Source of the DNA: Somniosus microcephalus
Taxonomy: Eukaryota
Reading direction: 5' to 3'
Length of the DNA stretch: 64,000 nt
NCBI GenBank assembly: GCA_052327205.1
Contig: CM126204.1
Coordinates: 317,130,001 to 317,194,000 of the forward strand
A program made the position numbers and the translations under genes. The notes beneath the pieces were generated by a model. It was given only the letters and a program-made list of their open reading frames with translations, had not been told where the DNA came from and did no database searches. The first letter of the stretch is position 1; each line of letters opens with the position of its first letter. Positions 12,642 through 24,335 of the stretch are shown one piece after another.

Positions 12642-15321
12642 CTAAGTATTACTGTATCATGCTGAGTTGCAAAAATGGACAGAAAAGAATATTTCTGAAT
12701 TTACAATTCCTTTTCCAATCCAGTAGAAAGTTTCATTCGGATTTTATACAGAACTGTTATTGCAGTTATGTTTAAGGGCAAACCAAATCACATAACTCTA
12801 TGTACAGAAAGATGAAAAAGTCTTGTGTGCTGTTTATATTATGTCACTGACCTTGGCACAAAAGATCCAAATTGGTTGGGCAAGGGGTCACTTATTTAGA
12901 CACACTCCCCTCCCCCTCAGACACATTAAAATAGTAAGACGAGAACTACTTCTTAAAGTGTGGGCTGTTGGTGTAGTGTGGCGCCACGCCCAGGCGCTAG
13001 TTGCTTTGAAATGGAAACCGTCCTTTCTGTTGTGGTTAGGATCAGCTGGGGCAGTGGGTGAAAACATCTGAGAGTTTTTACGGTCCTTTTAGTGTCAGGA
13101 CTTTCTGGCTTAGAAGCCAGAAAACTCCAGTCCAAAGCATCATAACATTGTACAGTACTGATGCTGCTAAGCAAAGTAGGTGCATGCTATCGGAGAGCTG
13201 GGGAAAGAAGGTTCAGTGTGGGCTCACTTTGATGTTTGGGATGAGCAAATTCAGCTTTTGGTAGCTTTGGGGAATGTTTTTCAAAAGGGAGCATTGCCAT
13301 CACAGCTTCCCTCCAGCAGGGATTGCCATGTTGTACTGGTATGAAAGTGTTAGTAAAACTATACCAGTATAATCCTACCATGATAAACCCTAGCCCCCAG
13401 ATAGTACTACTGGGTAACATGGCAGTCCCTCTCTCCACCAACAGCGTTTATATTGCTGGAGGGAAGCTGCTTTCAGAGGCCTCAGTAAAACCCACACAGA
13501 GGGCAACCGCTACCTCATTTACACGACAACACTCCCACTAAAGTTCAGACTACCTTCAGCAGCATTGCCAGGCTGTCACTTAACCTGCTGCTAAGCATCA
13601 GTTCCAGGAAGAATGCACTAAACTGCCCAGTTTAAATTACTATTATGATCTCATGTGAGACTGCTGTTAGACTTAGGTTAATAGTTAACTGGTGGTACTC
13701 TACAGAGAGCAAGTGCTGCCAATAGCAAACAATGATTTTTAATGTGGTTTGCTTAATAAGAGTTATCGTACGAAGGGAATGTTTTGTTTGCCTTTGTGTC
13801 TCCATAATAAGAGGATTCCACTTGCCATTGTAACAATAAACTTGGGGGAGCATTATTATCTTTGCTAACATTTATCACTTTATGCTCATGTCTACTCTTG
13901 CACTGAAATTAGCAGAGACAGGAATTTCATCCCCAAATAGTGTATTGTGATAGGTCTTTTAATTTGACTGTGTCATGATTACATTTTACAGATGCATTTG
14001 TCTGGCAACATGTAGCTGATCTAGACTCCTCTGATAATCACGTTGCCTTTATTCACACTCCCCTTGAGGGGCAGTGCAGAGTGTTTAAGAACTGTAGGGT
14101 GTGCGCTGATTAGTTGCATTCTTAGTTTAAAAAAATGTGAAGTGGGTTCTAGAGCTTTGTGTCATTTCCAAAGAACCCCATAACAAAAAAAAAATCATTG
14201 GAACTGAGTGAGGTCTCCATATCTTGAAAGATTTTAGTAGTTTATAACTGTTCCTTCCTCTATTGGGTTTGTAGTAACATATATTTCTCTCTGTTTGAAA
14301 ACTTTGCACTCAGAAACCTATATGCATTATTGCCAGGATTTGATATCCATGCAGATCAAACAGCCATTATTTGATTTATAATTTTCTTGTAGCCCCACCT
14401 TCCAGGGTAGCTGTCTTTTTTCAAACTGAACGTAAGCCCCATTTTGAGATTTTGAGAGCCGCCCCACTTTCTGTTTATATTTGTGGCTTCCTAGCTTCTT
14501 CTTGAATGTGTTTGGGTTTTACTCTTTGAATTCGCCCACCTGTAGAGTGATGTCAAATCTATGTGTGCGTTATGGCTGAAGAATTCCACTCACATGATAA
14601 CGAGGGGTGAGACTGCAGCTTTCCCACAACAGAAACCCAGCCATTCAGCAGCTTGTGAGTAACACCACTGTGTCTATTCGTCCATCACCAGTCTTGATTA
14701 TTGTTTTTATTTAAGTATTTTCCTGCTGCACCTGATCTGTGGCATGTTCCAGTTTTTCCCAGACCCTACCTCACCGACTAACTCGGTGATTATTTTAGGA
14801 CAGATGATTTCCTCTAATTAAAATTCAACGCTGTTCACTATGAGTGAATTAGGGGGAACGCCTACTCACCAAGCAGTGAGTAGCTTTGAAAATACTTTTC
14901 CCCTTTGCTTTGTGGACATGATTTTTTGGTTGTTTTATCTCAATAAAACTCACAAACTGACTGCTCATTATTTTGGATGAATATGATAATGTTCTAGTTC
15001 AAGGCCTGTCACAGGATGCAAGCCTGCCATTCAGTATCTCTAAATATTTAGTGCAGATGTAGCAGAAAAAGTGTCCGATACAAACTTTGGTCCATTCCTA
15101 ACTCCTTCCCAAGGCTTAAAATGTATTATTTTGGCAATGCAGCAAATTACTGTTAAAATCCATTCTTTTTGCAAAACGTCATATTTTTGTACCCTTATTC
15201 TATTCTACAGATAATACTTTACCTCATAGATGTAAACACAGTAGTAATTAAGACCCTCCTTAAAACCTACTTCTTTGATCAAACTTTCAGTCACCCCTCC
15301 TAATTTCTTCTTCTTTGGTTC

Positions 15322-15615
15322 GGTCGTGGCTCAGTTGGTAGCACTCTCACTTCTGAGTCAGAAGGGTGTGGGTTCACGTCCCACTCCAGAGACTTGAGCA
15401 CTAATATTTATTCCTCAAACAACATCACTAAAGCAGATTATCTGGTCATTATCACATTGCTGTTTGTGGGAGCTAGCTGTGCGCAATTGGCTGCTGCGTT
15501 TCCTACCTTACAACAGTGACTACACTTCAAAAAGTACTTCATTGGCTGTAAAGCGCTTTGGGACTTCCTGAGGTCATGAAAGGCGCTATATAAATGAAAG
15601 TCTTTCAAGTCTTTC
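15322..15615 (+). mobile_element. tRNA-head DeuSINE (SacSINE1-like), internally deleted, inserted in an L2 3' end
   Basis: A box TGGCTCAGTTGG, B box GGTTCACGTCCC, core ATTGCTGTTTGTGGGAG..GCTGTGCGCAATTGGCTGC, tail GGCGCTATATAAATG. Confidence 0.8.
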
Positions 15616-16559
15616 TTTCTGATTACACTCCCATGAAGCGTCCTGGGACGTTTTCCTGCAATAAAGGCGCTCTATAAATGCAAGTTGTTGTAATTTTCTG
15701 TACATGTGCATAAACTATGAGGACTATTTTCATGGTTTTTTTGACCTGTGCCGCAATCTGTAAAGGCCAATCCTCCGTACGAGGTACAGGGCTGTATACA
15801 CTGAGAGGGCAACTTGTGCTTCAAGAAAGGTGTGAATAAGTAGATGCATTTACTGAAGCCTGTGTACCAATTTCCTCTCCATGCAAAAAAAAGCTTGCCT
15901 TACAGTAACATCACCAAAGATTTTATATTGCAGAGCTGCTCTCCCTGCACATTACTGGGGGAAGAGGAACATTTTAGAAGCTGAAACAGGGTGACTAATT
16001 TCAAACTCAGTTGAAATATTTATTGGTGGATTTAATTATTTTTTAAGATATTGATGCATGGAAACAGTTAATTTTTAAAAAAATCCAAGTCTGACTCAAC
16101 AAGAAAGAGACTTGGCAGAACTGACATTCCAGAAGGAAAAATGAGCTTTGGGCCTGGACTGTATGTTAGTACCAGTGTTGATAAATGCGATATCAGCATT
16201 TACACTTGCAGACCAGTGGCACTGATAGTGTACTTTATTATCATTATTGGGGTTTAATTATTACATCAGCTCCACAAAGCAGTCATTAAAAAGCAGTTCA
16301 ATCAACTTTTCATGAATGTAGGCCTATCGCCAATTATATTGAAGCATTACAGATAGTTTGTTATTGGGAAGGCCTTGCAAATTTTATCTTACTTTTTCAG
16401 TTCACTCTCCCCTTTCTTCCCCCCCCTCCCCACCCCCCCACTGTTGTTTGTGTTGAAAGCTGCCCGATTTCAGGACTCCTTCTCTTCCTCTTAGCCACCA
16501 CCCCCACCCCACAATTTTCTCCCCTCTCCTAAAGATGCTAACTAATATTAAGGTATACT

Positions 16560-16922
16560 GTCGTGGGCACTGTGTGCCCTTCAGTACCTCTCCCAAGAGG
16601 TTATTTTTCATCCGTGATCTTAGGCAGTGACTTCTGCCAGGCTATTTGACCATGAAGACTATCGGTGCTGAGCGAGCCCGAATATGTCCATCGCTCGATG
16701 TTCACATTAAGTACACTTTCCAACATGGTCACTGGATAATGATCAGGAGTAGGAACCCTGATTATGTTTTTTTCCTTCTCCCTAGCCTAGGGGCACTGAG
16801 GACAATTGTAATGACCCAGTTAAGGTCACTTAACACAGCACAAACTGCGAATTGAACTTGGGCACTTCCTGTAGTGTGTGGTTCAGTTACACACTAGTAT
16901 AATTACCAAATAAACCACTGGG
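16560..16922 (-). mobile_element. LF-SINE-like element
   Basis: Reverse complement has CCCCTAGGCTAGGGAG..AAAA..CAGGGTTCCTACTCCTGATC..TATCCAGTGACC and TCAAATAGCCTG, matching the LF-SINE consensus as recalled. Confidence 0.7.
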
Positions 16923-17290
16923 GAACTTGAGGCTTTAAAAAAAAATGACTACTTTGAAAGCATCTATGCTGTGACGGGACTTCTTTTTATATCGTGGCTT
17001 TTCTGTTAGTTGAATAAAAGCAAGGAATGTTACTTATTGCAGAGTGGTTGGCAATATTTGGCAAATGTTCTGAGGATTTCTAGAATGTAATTGGTGTGGT
17101 TTTTTAATGCAATAGTTAGTTATATAACAGTATTATAATGCATACAAGACTATTGCACCTTTGTAACACACAGTGTATTATGCAATAAATACAGAAATAT
17201 TGGATCTTTTTAAAAGGGACTTCGTTTTTTTTCTCCGTCATCTCATCCAATTATAACCCCACTCCAGTGTAATAAGTGTTTGCTTATGTT

Positions 17291-17715
17291 TCAGCTTGGC
17301 TCAGTGGTATTACTGTTGCCTCTGAGTCAGAACGTTATTCACTCCAGGACTTCAGCATCTAATATAGGCCGACACTTCCGTGCAGTATTGAGGCAGTGTT
17401 GCATTGTTAGACATGCTGTCTTACAGGTGGCACATTAAACTGAGGCCCTGTCTGCCTGTTCAGATGAACATAAAAGGTCCCATGGCACTGTTCGAAGAAG
17501 AGTATGGAATTGCCCCAGTGTCCTAGTCAACATTTATCCCTCAACCAATTCCACCAGAAAAACAAATTAACTGCTCATTTATCGCATTGCTGTTAGTGGA
17601 ATTTTGCTGTGCACAAATTGGCTACCATATTTACCTGGTGATTAAAAGTAATTCAGTGGTTCAAAACACTCTGAGACAGACTGAGAATGAGAAAGACGCT
17701 ATATAAATGAAAGTA
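17291..17715 (+). mobile_element. SacSINE1-like DeuSINE
   Basis: TGGCTCAGTGG head, same core and tail as 15322-15615. Confidence 0.78.
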
Positions 17716-18629
17716 AAAATTTCATAAAATAGCTCCTCATCCTGTCTCAGATCATGGATCAACATAAGGAAAATCATCAACCACGATGGCTATGCTTAGC
17801 ATTAATGGAAGGTATAAACTCTGGAAAAATTACCTCCAAAGGGGGAAAAAAAATACAACCTGCATCTATTTAAATAAATATCTGGAAATATTTTCAGGGC
17901 TCTGATACATTCTCGGGATTTGGTAGAAGTTATTAATTAATCGAGATTTGATTTCATGGTTTATGATGTCATGCAAAGCCGCCTTTGTCACTCTGTGGAA
18001 TTGGATGTGTATTAACAGAATGGACAGCTGAGTAGGTATGGCTTGATTGGTTGAATTACCTGTGGTTTAGTAAAGGAGTTACATTTACAAAAGAGGTCAA
18101 ACATATGAAAACATTTGCAAAGAGTCGATTGTGAATATATTAACTGCAGCTATCTCTGTATGTATGTGGCCTGATCAAGCAGAGAGTGACTGTGTGGTGC
18201 TGTGTGTAACCTTCTAATACTTAATATAATGGAAGTGACCCCTGCTCATGGTTCAATATGAAGCCACGTCACCCTTGTCGACAGAAAATCTTAATAGCAC
18301 ACCATTCTGATGAAATGTCAGGCCCTGTGGGGGTCATGTGGCAGAAGCTGCCATGTATTGCTGGGAGTAATCACACAAAAAATACAATTTTTAACAGTGA
18401 TTCTATATACACATGTATTCCAGGTAAGCCAGTTTTGTAATTCATCAAAGATGCTGGTGTATCTCAACAGGAAGAGGTTTTGTTTTATTATTAATTTCTG
18501 AATTATTGCACTCTTATACATATATTGTTATATATATGGATTATTGGCCGCCTGTTATGCATCCCACCCTGCTTTTATTTTCTTTGAAGTCAACGGAAAG
18601 GAAAATCAGGCGGGATGTATAATGGGTGG

Positions 18630-20375
18630 CCAATCCATGGGCGACCATGGTGCAGTCTCCCTCCTCATTCTCCTTGAACTCTCTGCAGCCTTCGATAGAG
18701 TTGACCATATGATCCTTTCCTCCATTGTCTAGCTCCATGGGACTGCCATAGCTTGGTTCCACTCTTACCTATCTGATACAGAGCATCTCTAGCAATGGCT
18801 TCACTCCTCACCTCCAGAGCTTCCCAAGAATCCATCCTGACCCTCCTCCTCTTCCTCATCTACATGCTACCTCTTGGTGACACCATCTGCAGACAAGGGG
18901 GTCAACTAACACACCCAGTTCTACCTCTATCACCTCTCTTTACCCCTCCACTGCCTGTGTGCTCAGACTGCTTGTCTAATATCCTGTCTTGAATGAGCCA
19001 TAACATCCTTCAGCTAAACATAGGGAAGAGCAAAGCTATTGTGTTCACCTCCCACCTGAAAACTCGGTTGTACCCTCACCAATGACTCTAACCACCTCCT
19101 TGGCTACTGTGCCAGGCTGAACCAGACTGCTTGCAACCTCGGCCTCCTGTTTAAGCCCAAGATGCATTTCTGACCCCGTATCTTCTCCATACAAAGGCCA
19201 CCTATTTTGACCTCTATAATATTGCCCACTTTTGCCCCTACTCCAGCCCATCCACTAGTGAAACCTGCCTTTGTCATCTCCAGACTTGACTGTTCCAATG
19301 CTCACCTGGCTGACTGCCCATAAATTGAAAAGTAGAGAAGTTATGCTAAACTTGTATCGAACGTTGGTTAGACCACACTTGGAGTACTGTGTACAATTCT
19401 GGCCACCATATTATAAATAGGATATAGAGGCACTGGAGAAGGTGCAAATAAGATGTATAAGGATGATACCAGAAATGTGGTCACCCCTCAGCCTTTTCTT
19501 TTCTCTTGAACCTAATAGAGATCTTTAAAATTATTAAAGGTTTTGATAGAGTAGATACAGAGAGAGTGTTTCCACTTGTGGAGAAGAGCAAACTAGAGGC
19601 CATCAATATAAGATAGTCACCAAGAAATCCAGTAGGGATTTCAGAAGAAACTTCTTTACCCAGAGAGTGGTGAGAATGTGGAACTCGCTACCACAGGGAG
19701 TGGTTGAAGCGAATAGTATAGATGCATTTAAGGGGAAGCTAGATAAGCCTATGAGGGAGAAGGGAATAAAGTGTTATGCTGATAGAGTTAGATAAGGAAA
19801 GACAGGAGGAGGGTCGAGTGGAGCATAAACACCGGCATGGATTGGTTGGGCCGAATGGCCTGTTTCTGTGCTGTATATCCTATGTAATCCATCCTCCATA
19901 AAATTCAGCTTATCTGAAGCTCTGATGCCCAGATCCTAACACACACCAAATCCCACTTTCCTGTCACAGTTCCAAACTGACCTACATTGACTGCTGGTTG
20001 TCCAATGCCTTAAATTTAAAATTTTTATTCTTGTGTTTTAATCCTCCATGGCCTCCCCCCTCCTTATCTCTCTAACCTCCTCCACCCTACAACCACCCCG
20101 AACTCTCCATTCGTCTTATTCTGACCTCTTGTGCATCCCCCCTTCCCTTTACCCCACCATTGGCAGCTGTGCCTTCAACCCACTCTCTGGAATTTGTTCT
20201 ATCCACTTGATTCTCTTCCTTTAAGACCCTCCTTAAAACCCACCTTTTGACCGTTTTTTTGGTTACCTCCTCCAAATCTCTCCCTTTTTGGCTCAGCGCC
20301 TTTTTACCTCCTGCCTCTGTGAAGCATCTTGGGACAATTTTCTACAATAAAGCTGCTATATAAATGCAAGTTGTG
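18630..20375 (+). mobile_element. L2-clade LINE 3' fragment interrupted by a CR1 insertion
   Basis: LILLELSAAFDRVDH and SILTLLLFLIYMLPLGD RT remnants; [10 protein letters not shown] region; L2 tail GCTATATAAATGCAAGTTGT. Confidence 0.8.
19321..19890 (+). mobile_element. CR1/HER1-like LINE 3' fragment nested in L2
   Basis: [31 protein letters not shown], and tail GGCCGAATGGCCTGTTTCTGTGCTGT. Confidence 0.85.
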
Positions 20376-20826
20376 GTAGTGGTGGTGGTGTTGGAGGTAG
20401 TAGTGGTGGATGTAATCTAAACTTGGGTTTCCATGATGATCATAAACCATTTAAGTATCATTGATTGTCAGCCAAACGACCCGAGATTAGTTTATTGCTT
20501 TGTTATCGATCTAGGTATCCATTATTCCCTCTATATTGCAAAAGGAATCAATTATAATTGGGGATTTTTTTTTAAGAAACAATAAACCTTTTTGCATTTC
20601 TTCAACTGTAATTAATTATTTTAAATTCCAATCACCTTAACAATCCTCTTTTTAAAATAAGATTCCATTTCCTATCTGAAAAGTACCATGTTGTATTTTA
20701 GTTGCAATGTAGTTTTTATAAGCTTATTAATAAAGGCAGTAATATATTTCTGCAGCACTGTGCAGCTGGTGTTTTTATTTATCCAAATTATTTGTGTTGA
20801 ATTCTCTTACTTAGCTGAACAATATA

Positions 20827-21497
20827 GCCTCGATTTTAACCTCGGGTGCCAGGGCCAAAGTGGGCGGTAATCCGTCCAGACCCCGGAGCGTGAGACTGGG
20901 GTGATTATAACACCCGGGCCTCATGTAAACTGTCTCCTGCCCGAAGCCGGCGAGAATGACGTCAACTGTGGCTGGCAGGAGCAGGATTTGAGGTCGTGAC
21001 CAGACACTGCCAGGGATCCAAGGGAACATCCCTGGCATAAGGTTAGTGTTGAAGGGGGTGGTGGGGGGGGGAGCGCAATTCCAACAGATATTGCTGCTGG
21101 GAGGGAGAGAAAAGCCTGGGCTGGGGAGGCCAAGGATTCCTTGTGGACCCCAGAAGAGCACTCCTGCTCCTCCTAACCCACAAGGAATCCTCACAGAAAT
21201 TAAAAACAATACTTACCTTGGCCTCTACTGGCCACTCTGTTGCTTCCCACCAGGTTTTTCTGTCAGTTTTGATGCTGTGAGGGCCTCTCTATTTCTGGAG
21301 TTAAAGTCATGTTGCAGTGCTGATGAACTCATCTGGCTGCTACTTCAGCATATCAAGTAGGCCCTCGCTTGCCCGGGGAGAGCAGCCCTCCCGTGTCTGA
21401 ATTCTGCCTGGTTAAAATGGCGGAGCCGGGAATGCATCAGGAAAGCAGCATGTTGCCCATCCACCATTGTAAAGATCCACCCAGTTAAAATCAGGGC
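20827..21497. mobile_element. Older MITE, same family
   Basis: TIRs GCCTCGATTTTAAC / GTTAAAATCAGGGC; same central hairpin. Confidence 0.75.
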
Positions 21498-23799
21498 TAT
21501 ATTTTTCAGGCTGTTGGAGCTTACTGAGAAGGACATTGTCCCTTTAAGACCGAGCTAACCGTTTAAAATGTCTGTTATTACGCATTGTAATAGTTTCTTC
21601 TGCACCTATACACACCACATATAAATAATATATATGGGTTTCTTAAATGGTCTATAAATAGTTCTCATGAATGGCAGCTTTTGAAAAGACTGTTTAGTCA
21701 CAGCACAATCCATCATGCCTACAGCATTAAAATGAGCCCATGAATCCATCTATCTGTAGCTTTCCTAGGTTCTGCAGGCAGTGGGGGATGGGCTTTTCCA
21801 TATCGTTCAATGCTATTCTGTACCCTGACAAATGATAAACCAGGTGATATTAGAAGATTTTTAAGAGTTCCTCCCCACCCCTGCCCCCCTCCCCCCCACC
21901 ACTGTCTTTGCTGTATTTGTGTCAGATTGAATAAAGTAGAAGAGGGAACCCTCTAATGAGCCAGACTTGTGACTGTTAACCTTCAAACTTTATTAGGAGG
22001 AAGGGAATGAGGGGGAGGAGGAGGGAGAACCAGATGAAATCTAGCAATCTCTCAGCTTATCGTTGCGCTATGGACAAGATTCTAATTATTTTTACTAAGT
22101 CTCTTCACACGACACTGGCAACCTCAATTGGAAGTCTAGTGATCCTATAGTTTGCTCTTCAAGAAAAAAAATCACTTATGAATAATGAAAAGAAAAAGAT
22201 AAGGGTAAATTTTGAGATGAATACTTAAGGTTAAAGCCATTATAGGGTCCTAAGTTTTAATTTTTCATGCTTTGCTTTTTTTTTAATAATACATATATAA
22301 ATGTATATGTAAATGCTTGTTCTATTTCTGTGTTCTCTACTAAAATATTTGGTTGCCATACTCTCTTTTTGCATTTTCTTTATAAATTGTATACAGGGAT
22401 ATATTTTTTCATACTCTAGAATAGGACCATTTGTAGAGCCTTAATCTGGAATACTCTGTTAAAACAGTAAGAAAGAAGAATATAACTGGAAAAGGAGATA
22501 AGAATGAAAAATAAGGATGCAAACTAAAATAAAACAAAATAAAGTTAAATGAGAATTAAAAATAAACTGTAAATAAGCACGGCATCCAACTGCTTCTAAA
22601 AGTCAAAGGCCATGAATTATGCTCATTGTAGAAGGGTTTGCTGTTCTTTTATGGTCTGACTTGTTGAGACAAATCTGAAAAGGTGATGCCTTTTTCCCCT
22701 TTCAATCTTCTCCTTTATGGCAGTACTCCTGCTTACTGTGACCCAGTCAACCAAGAGAAGCCCTTCAGAACAAGGCTGACAGAGGCAGAGAATGAGATAC
22801 AAACCCCATTTACAGGGACTGAACTTTGGCGCAAGGTGGCTTTTGTTTAATCAATCTTGTGTCGTCTTATAGCAATCATTTAGCAGGCACCTGCTGAAGG
22901 GGAAAAGGCACAAGGTAATTTTGAGAAAGTGCCAGCAGTTTATTGTAGGATTTGACATTCCTCGTCACCTCCTGCAAATAATAATTTCAGTATATTTCTG
23001 ATAAATTATGTCAATGTAGTCTAGCTGACATTCAGAAAAAGTATTGCTTTCCTTAGGCCTTCACCGCTGCTGGACATGTCAATATAGCAATGAGCACATT
23101 AAAAAGGGGTTTAAAATGTGTTAATTTGTTAATGAGGGATATTTCAGGGCAATAATTCAAGAAGATTGCCAAATAATCCTCTGCCAATCTGGGAGATAAA
23201 TAAAAATGTATCTGTTATTAAGTATAAAGTTGGTTCTTTTTACATTCTCACAATTAGCTGCCCTGTGCTGAAGGTGTCTTTTCTGTGAATAATTATGCAA
23301 TTTAATTAGTGATGGCGTCAATGTGTGAAGTCAAACAAGATAGGATTGAAATAAAAGATCTACGCAGTTTTTGGTGCCACCAGAATCATTTAACAAACTT
23401 TTATTAATGTACATATGCAGAGGGAAACCCCATGTGAAGGATTTCTTAATTACGTTCAAATTTTAACCATGGCAAAAACATTTTGGAAGCTGGCTCTTGG
23501 TCATTGGCTCCACTGAAGTAGGCTGAGATAGATGCTGCCATGCAGAATTTCTGTGCTCTATACAAGCATGAAAATGTCAACTCTGAAGCAATATCTAGGC
23601 ATATTAAATTAAAAGTCATCAATTAAGTTATAAATATTTAATATTTTTAACAGCATTTTTTCATGGACCAATATAATGTTAATTAGATAACATCTGGAGT
23701 TGCAAGCTTCTGACAATGAAACCTGTCTTGAGGACTACTTCAATAAAGAAGCTACCTAGAGCTCCCTGATGACTCTTTAGGGAAGTGCACCGTCTAGTC

Positions 23800-24335
23800 T
23801 GGGCTATAAAAACTAGGAAGATCCCCTGTTTAATATTGAGTTAGTTGATCTCATCCAGGGTGGCAGTGTGGCACTACATCTGGTTTTACTCCCATGGGCA
23901 TGGGAAGGGAATGTACACCAAATCAGTAACCACTGGTCTATGCTGAAAAGTGTGCATGTGTGAGGACGGGATCAGGGTTGGATAGGTTGCCCCCAATGGG
24001 AAACAAAAACCTGTTGACACTCACGGTCTAGGCTCATGCATGGAGAATGATTGCTTGGGTGAAGTATGGGAAGATGGGCATGGAACCGACAGACTATTTG
24101 ACTCTGTAAATCGCCACAGCGAAGCCTGATTATACATGCATTTTTCACCACGAGACATTATTGGATAGCGATTAGGAGTGGGAGCTTTGGCTGTTTTTTT
24201 CCCTCTTTAGTTCAGATGTAACAGTTTCACTCTACCCTTGCTGAGATTAGATTTATCAGCACAGATTGAGCCTGGGACCTTCTGGTCTGTGTGGCCCAGC
24301 ACCAGGTGATACATTTACCTACAGTACTAGGCCAA
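23800..24335. mobile_element. Two LF-SINE-like copies tail-to-tail (+ about 23800-24090; - about 24155-24335)
   Basis: GAGTTAGTTGATCTCA, GTGAGGACGGGATCAGG and CACTCACGGTCTAGGCTCATGCATGGAGAATG on +; CCTGGGACCTTCTGGTCTGTGTGGC head on -. Confidence 0.65.

Noticed and set aside
15322-15395. tRNA gene
   Set aside because: The A/B boxes are the head of a SINE and are followed by its core and tail; the same holds at about 7900, 17295 and 49900.
22873-22914. 42-nt AG/GT-bounded possible exon
   Set aside because: Open only in phase 0/0, which is incompatible with the phase-1 junction, and shows no homology.
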